From an uncultured Lachnospiraceae bacterium (GTDB taxonomy: Bacteria; Bacillota; Clostridia; Oscillospirales; CAG-272), in NCBI GenBank assembly GCA_964534905.1, contig CAZHPZ010000003.1:1-53499 (forward strand): a DNA stretch of 53,499 bases. The letters are read 5' to 3'. This document shows positions 1-7,728 of this stretch, piece by piece. The notes below the pieces were generated by a model. That model saw only the letters and a program-made list of their open reading frames with translations, did not search any database and was not told the DNA's origin. A program made the translations under genes and the position numbers. Every line of letters starts with the position of its first letter. Within the stretch, counting starts at the first letter, position 1.

Positions 1-167
1 TGGTATCCTGCGGAATTGTAGATCCCACTAAGGTAACACGTTCTGCTCTTCAGAATGCCGCTTCCATTGCAAGCGTTATCCTTACCACAGAAAGCGTTGT
101 TTCCGACAAGAAAGAAGAAAATCCCGCTCCGGCACCTGCAGCAGGCGGAATGGGCGGAATGTATTAA
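1..167 (+). CDS. groEL: Chaperonin GroEL, C-terminal fragment (5' part lies outside the window)
   Basis: Frame 3 reads ...[51 protein letters not shown], then TAA at 165-167. The [15 protein letters not shown] block and the GGM tail are GroEL hallmarks. Confidence 0.93.
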   Translation, partial: VSCGIVDPTKVTRSALQNAASIASVILTTESVVSDKKEENPAPAPAAGGMGGMY

Positions 168-185
168 TCCAAACAAATAATTTAA

Positions 186-216
186 GGACCGAGCACATTG
201 TGCTCGGTCCTCTTTT
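186..216. terminator. Bidirectional intrinsic terminator between convergent groEL and the ABC ATPase gene
   Basis: Perfect 11-bp stem GGACCGAGCAC (186-196) / GTGCTCGGTCC (200-210) with a 3-nt loop, followed by CTTTT on the plus strand. Confidence 0.8.
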
Positions 217-220
217 AATT

Positions 221-2107
221 TTATACGATAATAATATCTATCGTTCTGTCCTTAACGGTAAGCGCATCGCAATCAAGTATCATAGATACCTGCTCTCCTA
301 CTCTTCCGTCGTGTGCAACGATTATACTCTCCTCACCGACCGATACTCTCGAATACTTTGCAACACCGTAATCAAGAACCTCGGTCACTGTGCCGGAAAT
401 CGTTATATTTGCGTGCTGCGCGTCAACAACGTGAATGTCGTGAGCATCAAATACGTACTCAAGATCGGTATGGAATATCTTCGTTCCCTTGCACGCGAAG
501 AGCTTCTGACAAAGCTCGGGCGTGGGACGAACCTTATGTCCCGCAAATTCCATATAGAAGTTAAATGACTTCTTATCGTCGGGCTTTCTTTCTTTTGAGA
601 AAGAGCCTGCAAGAGAATTTTCTCTCTTAAGGGGTTCAATACCGCATGCCTCAACAGTAATATATCGAGTATCGATATTGAAGTTAACCACGTCGCCTAT
701 GCTGTGTGTAGGCTCACCGTTCTCAAGCGCAAAGAGAGTGAGATCCTCGACCTTAAGGAAGTAAAGCGTCTTACCCTCAAAATGCTCGATCCACTGTACG
801 GTAGCCCTTCCCTCTCCGCTTCCGAGCTTAAGTGCGGAAACGGGCATTGAAAGCTCTGCACCCTTAGCAGTCTTGTCCGCAAGTGCCGCAGGCAATGTAA
901 TGCTTTCGCCGTTAAAGGAGATCTTACCGTTGACGATATCGCAGTTAATGATATTGCCCTCGGGGATTCTCTTTCTGAGGCTGACCTCTGTCTCCTTATC
1001 AAATACATGGAATTTAACCTTACTGATAGCAATATCGATGATATCTCCGCGCTGGCAGAAGAAATCGGGCTCCGCCTTAATAACGATAGAGCCGTTCTTA
1101 GCATCGGGAGTATCTGTATTAAGGTTAGCATATACCAATGTTTCTCCGCCGAGTATTTCTACAACGCTGACAACAGCCTTTGTCTTTTCCCACTCCTTGG
1201 GATCAAGGTCGGGAGAATCCACCTTAACGGCATCCGGACGGATACCGAATACAACGGGATATTTGCCGTCCATATACTTTGTGAGTATCTTGTCGGCTTG
1301 AATATACTTCATATTGATCTTTGCGCCGCAGTCAAGATCAAAGCGAACGTCGTCACCGTTCTTTGTGATGGTAGCGTCAAAGAAATTCATCTGTGGAGTA
1401 CCGATAAATCCGGCAACGAACATATTACCGGGGTATTTGTAAAGGTTTATGGGAGTATCGATCTGCTGAACGAAGCCGAGCTTCATAACAACTATTCTCG
1501 ATCCCATAGTCATAGCCTCCACCTGGTCGTGCGTAACGTAAATAAACGTGGTACCGAGTCTCTGATGAAGTCTCGAAATCTCGGATCTCATTGCTGCACG
1601 AAGCTTAGCGTCAAGGTTTGAAAGAGGCTCGTCAAGCAAGAATACCTTGGGATTACGAACGATAGCACGTCCAAGAGCAACACGCTGACGCTGACCGCCC
1701 GAAAGAGCCTTAGGCTTACGCTGAAGATACTCTGTAATTCCGAGAATCTCCGCAGCCTCCGTAACCTTTTTGTGAATAACGTCCTTAGGCATGTGCGCCG
1801 TTTTAAGAGCAAACGCCATATTATCATAGACGCTCATATGAGGATAGAGAGCGTAGTTCTGGAAAACCATCGCAATATTTCTATCCTTTGGCTCGAAATC
1901 ATTTACGATTTCGTTATCAATGCGAAGCTCACCTGCCGTAATATCCTCAAGTCCCGCAATCATACGCAGGGTAGTTGATTTACCGCATCCCGATGGACCG
2001 ACAAAAACTATAAATTCCTTGTCCTCGATTTCCATAGAGAAATCGTTTACAGCCTTAACTCCGCCGTCATATACTTTATAAATATGTTTTAATGACAAGC
2101 TTGCCAT
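221..2107 (-). CDS. msmK: MalK/MsmK-type sugar ABC transporter ATPase with an unusually long C-terminal extension (628 aa)
   Basis: Walker A GPSGCGKST, signature LSGGQRQRV, Walker B FLLDEPLSNLD and H-loop VTHDQ are present. A normal MalK regulatory domain ends near ...KVKFHVFDKETEVSL (about aa 375), followed by about 250 further residues. ATG at 2105-2107 is preceded by AAGGAGGA. Confidence 0.93.
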   Translation of the reverse strand: MASLSLKHIYKVYDGGVKAVNDFSMEIEDKEFIVFVGPSGCGKSTTLRMIAGLEDITAGELRIDNEIVNDFEPKDRNIAMVFQNYALYPHMSVYDNMAFALKTAHMPKDVIHKKVTEAAEILGITEYLQRKPKALSGGQRQRVALGRAIVRNPKVFLLDEPLSNLDAKLRAAMRSEISRLHQRLGTTFIYVTHDQVEAMTMGSRIVVMKLGFVQQIDTPINLYKYPGNMFVAGFIGTPQMNFFDATITKNGDDVRFDLDCGAKINMKYIQADKILTKYMDGKYPVVFGIRPDAVKVDSPDLDPKEWEKTKAVVSVVEILGGETLVYANLNTDTPDAKNGSIVIKAEPDFFCQRGDIIDIAISKVKFHVFDKETEVSLRKRIPEGNIINCDIVNGKISFNGESITLPAALADKTAKGAELSMPVSALKLGSGEGRATVQWIEHFEGKTLYFLKVEDLTLFALENGEPTHSIGDVVNFNIDTRYITVEACGIEPLKRENSLAGSFSKERKPDDKKSFNFYMEFAGHKVRPTPELCQKLFACKGTKIFHTDLEYVFDAHDIHVVDAQHANITISGTVTEVLDYGVAKYSRVSVGEESIIVAHDGRVGEQVSMILDCDALTVKDRTIDIIIV

Positions 2108-2137
2108 AATATCCTCCTTGTGTTTTACATTGAAGAA

Positions 2138-3745
2138 TCACTTCAAAATTACTATTGAGTACGCGGGAAGCGTGAGTGTACCGTCACTTCCCCACTCAGC
2201 CTTATCGGAGCTGTTAATATAAAGCTCTCCGACTATCTCACCTGCTCCGAGCGTTGCTCGGTCAAGAGTTATCTTCTGTTCGAATGAATCAAGATTCATA
2301 ACAATGATTATACTCTCGTCCTCGTAAGTCTTACGAAGAATTGTAAGATAGTTATTCGATCCGTCGTTCAGATTTTCTATCTCACCGCGTGCGATGGACG
2401 GAAATCTGTTTCGGAGTTGCATAGCGGTCTTATAGTAATTAAGAATACTGTTCGGATCCTCAAGCTGCTCCTCAACGGAGGGATAATAATAGCTTGACGA
2501 ATCAACCTTGGTGTTTTCGGGAGGCAGGTAGCAGCAGCCCTCGTAAATGTTCTTAGCCTGCCACTTCATAGCAATTCTCTTAGCGGGATCGGAATTATTT
2601 CCGCCCTTGCTTATCATACCGATCTCCTCACCGTAATAAACGAATGTGCTTCCGTTCATCATCGAAAGGACTCCGGCTGCCATTTTTACATTATCTATTC
2701 CGGGCATAAAGCTACCGGGACGCATAGTATCATGGTTGCCGAGGAAGGGTGCGAGAATACCGTTTGTATACGTGCTTTGAAGCGTCATCATCCACTCACC
2801 GATCTTTTTTCCACTCTGTTGCTTTACAAGGCTTGCTATCTGACCATCAGCCTGAGCACCTGTGAAAAGGAAGAAGCTATCAACTCCGCTTTCATAATAG
2901 CGGTTGATAAGATAATCACTTGTTTCCCAAGCCTCTCCGACTATATAGCAATCCGATTTGATTTTCTTGGCCTCGGTGTTAAGCCAGGAAAGAAATTCAA
3001 TATTTTTGTCAACCTTGCCTTTATAATAACTCGTTACAGCATCGAGTCTGAAGCCATCGACATTATGTTCTGTAAGCCAGTAATCCATAATATCCACGAT
3101 CTCGTCTCTCACCTTAGAAGAATCAAGGTTCAAGTCGGGCATTCCCGACCAGAAGTTTGCCTCGTAATAATAATTTGTTCCCGTAACGGATGAATAAGCG
3201 CTGTTATTCTGTTGACCCGTGAGGAAATTATAATACTCACCGTATTCTCCGCCGGGCTCTCCGTTTTTACGGATATAATCACAAGCCTCCTTGAAATAGG
3301 GATGCTCGCTGCTTGTGTGGTTAATTACAAGGTCGATAATTACGTTTATACCTCTCTTGTGAGCCTCAGTAACAAGGTTATCGAAGTCCTCAAGTGTGCC
3401 GTACTGCTCGTCGATGGCATAATAATCCTTAACATCATACTTGTGATATGTAGGCGAGGGGTGTATAGGCATAAGCCAGATACCGTTAAAGCCCATCTCC
3501 TGAATATAATCAAGCTTTTGTGTTACGCCGTTAAGGTCGCCTATACCGTCATTATCGCTGTCATAAAAGCTGTATACGAATATTTCGTACCAATTTCGGT
3601 TGTTGTCATCAATAATGTTAAGCTCGATATCCGTATTGGGATTGTCCTCTCTGCCGAATATGAGATCAAGAATCTCACACGAGGTAAGAGCAATGGGCGA
3701 AAGAACCATTAAAAGTACAAGGAACAATGATAATAATTTTCTCAT
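2138..3745 (-). CDS. GH13 alpha-amylase / alpha-glucosidase family lipoprotein
   Basis: Signal peptide plus lipobox (...IALTSC). GH13 conserved regions DLVINHTS, GFRLDAVTS, VGEAW and FLGNHD are present. ATG is preceded by GGAGGT. Confidence 0.9.
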   Translation of the reverse strand: MRKLLSLFLVLLMVLSPIALTSCEILDLIFGREDNPNTDIELNIIDDNNRNWYEIFVYSFYDSDNDGIGDLNGVTQKLDYIQEMGFNGIWLMPIHPSPTYHKYDVKDYYAIDEQYGTLEDFDNLVTEAHKRGINVIIDLVINHTSSEHPYFKEACDYIRKNGEPGGEYGEYYNFLTGQQNNSAYSSVTGTNYYYEANFWSGMPDLNLDSSKVRDEIVDIMDYWLTEHNVDGFRLDAVTSYYKGKVDKNIEFLSWLNTEAKKIKSDCYIVGEAWETSDYLINRYYESGVDSFFLFTGAQADGQIASLVKQQSGKKIGEWMMTLQSTYTNGILAPFLGNHDTMRPGSFMPGIDNVKMAAGVLSMMNGSTFVYYGEEIGMISKGGNNSDPAKRIAMKWQAKNIYEGCCYLPPENTKVDSSSYYYPSVEEQLEDPNSILNYYKTAMQLRNRFPSIARGEIENLNDGSNNYLTILRKTYEDESIIIVMNLDSFEQKITLDRATLGAGEIVGELYINSSDKAEWGSDGTLTLPAYSIVILK

Positions 3746-3756
3746 TTTTACCTCCG

Positions 3757-4752
3757 TTAACCCTTAACAGCTCCGCCCGTTACGCCCTCAACATAGTACT
3801 TCTGCAAGAACATAAAGAGGATGGTAATAGGTGTGGCAACGACAACAGCCGCTGCGCAGAACGTTGTGAAATACTGCTGTATCTGCTCACGCTCAAGCCA
3901 CTTATACATACCGAGAGAAACGGTGTACATACCCGTATCCGGAACGCCGGACATAATGTATGATACGAATATATAGTCACACCAAGGCGAAATAAAGCTC
4001 GTGAGTATCGTGTAAATAACGATAGATTTACTGAGAGGAAGAATTATCTTCCAGAATACCTGACTTCTTGTCGCGCCGTCTATACGCGCAGCCTCGTCAA
4101 GAGAATACGGAACGGTGTCAAAGAAGCCCTTTGCAATATAATAGCTCATAGCCGCACCGGCCGAATATACTATTATAAGACTGAGATGTGACTGATAATT
4201 ATCGGGAAGCAGTATCTTAAGCAAGAAGAATACCGCAGACATACTCATAAATCCGGGGAACATACCGAGTATGAGCATAACGTTCATCATCGGCTTACGA
4301 GCCTTAAATTTAATACGGCTGAATACATAAGCCACGGAAAGAACGAAAAGCGTTGTGATTATGCAGCTGCACACGGCGATGAGCAATGTGTTTCCGTACC
4401 ACTGAAGGAATTTTGTTCCTCCCTGCTCCTCGGGCGTAAACAGTCTGATATAGTTATCGAGAGTCCACTCCTTCGGGAAGAATGTCGAGCTCCAAGCGCC
4501 CGGCTCCTTTCTGAATGACTGAACGAAAAGGTAAATCAGAGGAAGCACCCAGATAAACGACAAAACAGTTAAGAATATCTGTCCTACCGTATTTCCGAAG
4601 ACTCTCTTTACCTTCATACCAAAGCGTTTCTGCTTTTTAGGCATCTCAATCTCGGCTTCAAGTCTATCAATGTCAGCCCAACGCTCGGCGTCGGTCTTTT
4701 CTCCGTAATTGAGAGCGCCAATTTCTGTATTAACATTTTCATTATCGATCAT
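3757..4752 (-). CDS. malG: Maltodextrin/sugar ABC transporter permease, MalG-type
   Basis: Multi-TM protein with EAA loop SLDEAARIDGATRSQVFWKIILP. Its ATG overlaps the malF stop (ATGA at 4749-4752). Confidence 0.9.
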   Translation of the reverse strand: MIDNENVNTEIGALNYGEKTDAERWADIDRLEAEIEMPKKQKRFGMKVKRVFGNTVGQIFLTVLSFIWVLPLIYLFVQSFRKEPGAWSSTFFPKEWTLDNYIRLFTPEEQGGTKFLQWYGNTLLIAVCSCIITTLFVLSVAYVFSRIKFKARKPMMNVMLILGMFPGFMSMSAVFFLLKILLPDNYQSHLSLIIVYSAGAAMSYYIAKGFFDTVPYSLDEAARIDGATRSQVFWKIILPLSKSIVIYTILTSFISPWCDYIFVSYIMSGVPDTGMYTVSLGMYKWLEREQIQQYFTTFCAAAVVVATPITILFMFLQKYYVEGVTGGAVKG

Positions 4753-6290
4753 TGGAAATTGTCCTCCCCTTTTACTGCTGATGATTTATTGTAAACAAGA
4801 AGTGAGAATGTTGCGGAAATTATAAACACGAGAATACCGATAACAGACGCAAGCTTGTAGTTTCTGTCCGTACCGAGTGAAAGCTTGTAGAGCCATGTAA
4901 CAAGCAGGTCGGTTCCCTTTGCGCCGTCGGTGTACTGAAGAAGATCTCCGGGGCCACCGCCGCTGAGAAGATAAATAACGTTGAAGTTATTTATGTTACC
5001 TATAAACTGTGTAATAAGATGGGGACCTGTAACAAAAAGCATATAAGGAAGCGTTATCTTAAAGAACTGACGAACGGGGCTGGCACCGTCGATTCTGGCG
5101 GACTCATAGAGATCCGCGGGAATGTTCATAAGAATACCGCTACACATAAGCATCGAGTAAGGAACACCAATCCACATATTTACAATAATAATGCATATTC
5201 TTGTTTGAGTGATATCAAGACCGAACTGAAGATGAAAATTAAATATCTTTTCAATAAATTCGGTGATGATACCGCCGCCTCCTCCGAGCGCACCCGAGCC
5301 TGCGTCAAGCATCTTTGACATAATAAGCAAAGAAACGAACTGCGGAACGGCAATGGTTGCGACGAAAAGAGTTCTGTAAAGCTTCTTCAGTCTGATTCCC
5401 TTTTTGTTTATAAGCATTGCAAGAAGCATACCGAAGAAATAGCTTGTAAAGGTAGCAAAAACAGCCCAGATAAGAGTCCACGAAAGAACCTTACCGAACG
5501 TGCTTCCGAGCTTGGATCCCGAAGAAAAGAGATCCTTAAAGTTGTCAAATCCGACCCAATCAAAGAGATATTTCGGCACCTCATGGCTTGCGTCGTAGTT
5601 TGTAAAGGCTATCAGTATCATCGTAACGAGAGGAACGATAGTAAACATAAACAAGCCGACCATCGGAAGCGACAAAAGAGTTATATGGAACTTGCCGTCC
5701 GAGAAGCGTGCTATATCCTGTCTGAACGAATCGGGCTTGCGGTTTATCGAAGCACCCTCTTCAAGCTCACGGCTCTCTTTTACGGAAGTTATGTAAAAGA
5801 TACAGAAGAATGCGATAATAAACAGCGAAAGAATTGCGTAAAGAATGATATGGAACGAGTTATCGCCGATTACAACGGGATACTCGCCGAGATCGGGGTC
5901 CCACTCGCCTATATGAGTTTCATTATCACCGATAGGACCGCCTGTAAAGAAATTGGCGAAGAACATTCGAAGATAGTTTCCGCCGAAGAAACCGAGATAT
6001 AAGCCAAAGGCAATCTCGAGAAGCAAATAAAAGATACCGCGAACAATCTGACCTCTGAAAATATGTCCGCTTCCCATAATGAAATAGGAAATCTTAGTCA
6101 GAGCGTCGCCGCGCCAAAAGCCTAATGCGAATTTTTTAACGCCTGTAACAATGCCGGCAAAGAAGCCGTATATAGCCCTTGCAAGATTAACCCAGAATGC
6201 GCAAAATCCCTTGCCGAAGCCCTTAAAGAACTTTTTCACATTATAAAGGATTTTCTCCGGAAATGACAGACAATAGTAATCTAAATCCAT
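4749..6290 (-). CDS. malF: Maltodextrin/sugar ABC transporter permease, MalF-type
   Basis: Multi-TM protein with EAA loop DLYESARIDGASPVRQFFKITLP. The ORF-track start at 6317 is a TTG. ATG at 6288-6290 (MDLDYY...) sits 6 nt after GGAGGTG and is preferred. Confidence 0.88.
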   Translation of the reverse strand: MDLDYYCLSFPEKILYNVKKFFKGFGKGFCAFWVNLARAIYGFFAGIVTGVKKFALGFWRGDALTKISYFIMGSGHIFRGQIVRGIFYLLLEIAFGLYLGFFGGNYLRMFFANFFTGGPIGDNETHIGEWDPDLGEYPVVIGDNSFHIILYAILSLFIIAFFCIFYITSVKESRELEEGASINRKPDSFRQDIARFSDGKFHITLLSLPMVGLFMFTIVPLVTMILIAFTNYDASHEVPKYLFDWVGFDNFKDLFSSGSKLGSTFGKVLSWTLIWAVFATFTSYFFGMLLAMLINKKGIRLKKLYRTLFVATIAVPQFVSLLIMSKMLDAGSGALGGGGGIITEFIEKIFNFHLQFGLDITQTRICIIIVNMWIGVPYSMLMCSGILMNIPADLYESARIDGASPVRQFFKITLPYMLFVTGPHLITQFIGNINNFNVIYLLSGGGPGDLLQYTDGAKGTDLLVTWLYKLSLGTDRNYKLASVIGILVFIISATFSLLVYNKSSAVKGEDNFQ

Positions 6291-6319
6291 AGATTCACCT
6301 CCGTTATCAAAGTGCAATT

Positions 6320-6340
6320 GGGCAAGGAAAACCCTTGCCC
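6320..6340 (-). promoter_or_regulatory. Intercistronic stem-loop between malE and malF
   Basis: GGGCAAGG (6320-6327) pairs with CCTTGCCC (6333-6340). It lies in the 42-nt malE-malF spacer and has no good U-tract. Confidence 0.5.
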
Positions 6341-6359
6341 AAAAGCTATAAGAGCTGTC

Positions 6360-7637
6360 TTATTTAGCGATCTGTTGAACGAGAGAATCGAGAAGCTCCT
6401 GAAGAGTTGCGTCAGCGGTTACTGTACCTGCAGCTGCGTCTGTAACGATACCTGTAACAAGGTCGCCCATAGGAGTCCAGTAAGCAGCGGGAACGCCCTT
6501 CTGTGTTCTCATATACTGAGCCTGCTCAAGTACAACTGAGAGAACGGGGTCGCTTACGATCTTTTCGTTAGTAACGAGGTTCTTGTTTGTGGGACCGAAG
6601 CCTCTTGTCTCATATCTGAGCATCTGGTTCTGCTCATTTGTGAGCCACTGAGCAAGCTTATGAGCCTCACCCTTGTTCTGGCTGTAGCCGTTTACACCGA
6701 TGAGCTTGTAGCCCATGTAGCCGGAAAGCTGAACCTGCTCGCCGCCGATGTTAGCTGTGGGAAGCTTGCAAACGCCCATATTCTCGCCGAGAACTGCCTC
6801 GATAGCAGTCTTGTTCCAGATACCGGAGATAGCTGCTGCGCAGGTACCGTCTGTAAATCCGGAAACGATCTTGGAGTCGTCTGTGTTAACTACAAAGCCG
6901 TCTGTGTGGTTGATATAAGATGTGATGGACTTAAGAGTTGTAAGTCCTCTTTCATTGTTAAAGTTGATAGAAACAGCTGTCTCTGTAAGCTTTTCGTCAT
7001 AAGTTACGTTGTACTTAAGCTCGGAACTTGCAAAGAAGAAGCTGGAGAGATACCAACCGTCTGTAAGCTTGAAATGAACTGACTTGCCTGCTGCTTCTGC
7101 AGTGCTGATCATAGTGTCAAGAGAAGCGAGAGCGGATGCATCTGTGTAAACTCTCTTGTCATAGTATACGAAATAGCAGTTGTCGCCCGTGCTGGGGTAA
7201 GCGTAAAGCTGATCCTCGCCGTTGATAGTAAGAGTAGCGGCACCAATGGAATCTGCTGTATTGTTAGCGATAACGTCCTGTTCGATCTCACCGCCGAGAC
7301 GTGCAAGAGCACCGCCTGCGAAGAGCTTGTTGATCTGGTCGGAGGGGAAGCTGAATACGTCGGGACCTGATGTTACGTCGTTAAGGATCTTATCAGCCGC
7401 GTCGTTTTCGCCCTGAACACCGAAGAGGAACTTGTACTCATTTTCGGGATGTGCCTTAGCGTAAGCTGCGCACATTTCTTTAAGCATAGCTTGGTCTTCC
7501 TGAGAGCCCCAAACGGTAAGCGTGTACTTTGTCTTTTCGCCACCATCAACGGGGGTATCGTCGTCACAAGCAACCATAACTGTCAAAGCCATAACGGCAA
7601 TGAGGAGCAAGGACATAATTCTTACAAATTTTTTCAT
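6360..7637 (-). CDS. malE: Extracellular solute-binding lipoprotein (family 1, MalE-like maltodextrin-binding)
   Basis: MKKFVRIMSLLLIAVMALTVMVAC gives a signal peptide plus lipobox. SBP-family sequence; position immediately upstream of malF/malG. ATG at 7635-7637 follows GGAGAAAA. The upstream part of ORF 6360..7703 is a hairpin, not coding. Confidence 0.88.
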   Translation of the reverse strand: MKKFVRIMSLLLIAVMALTVMVACDDDTPVDGGEKTKYTLTVWGSQEDQAMLKEMCAAYAKAHPENEYKFLFGVQGENDAADKILNDVTSGPDVFSFPSDQINKLFAGGALARLGGEIEQDVIANNTADSIGAATLTINGEDQLYAYPSTGDNCYFVYYDKRVYTDASALASLDTMISTAEAAGKSVHFKLTDGWYLSSFFFASSELKYNVTYDEKLTETAVSINFNNERGLTTLKSITSYINHTDGFVVNTDDSKIVSGFTDGTCAAAISGIWNKTAIEAVLGENMGVCKLPTANIGGEQVQLSGYMGYKLIGVNGYSQNKGEAHKLAQWLTNEQNQMLRYETRGFGPTNKNLVTNEKIVSDPVLSVVLEQAQYMRTQKGVPAAYWTPMGDLVTGIVTDAAAGTVTADATLQELLDSLVQQIAK

Positions 7638-7644
7638 ATCATTT

Positions 7645-7691
7645 TCTCCATTTGAAAAAATAAAATATTTCAAATGAGGGAGCAAGAGCTC
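7645..7691 (-). terminator. Perfect 26-nt palindromic hairpin plus U-rich tail between the 873-aa lipoprotein gene and malE (terminator/attenuator)
   Basis: GAGGGAGCAAGAG|CTCTTGCTCCCTC at 7666-7691. On the minus strand it is followed by ATTTGAAATATTTTATTTTTT. Confidence 0.65.
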
Positions 7692-7728
7692 TTGCTCCCT
7701 CAAATTTGACTTAAATCGTGGCTAAATA

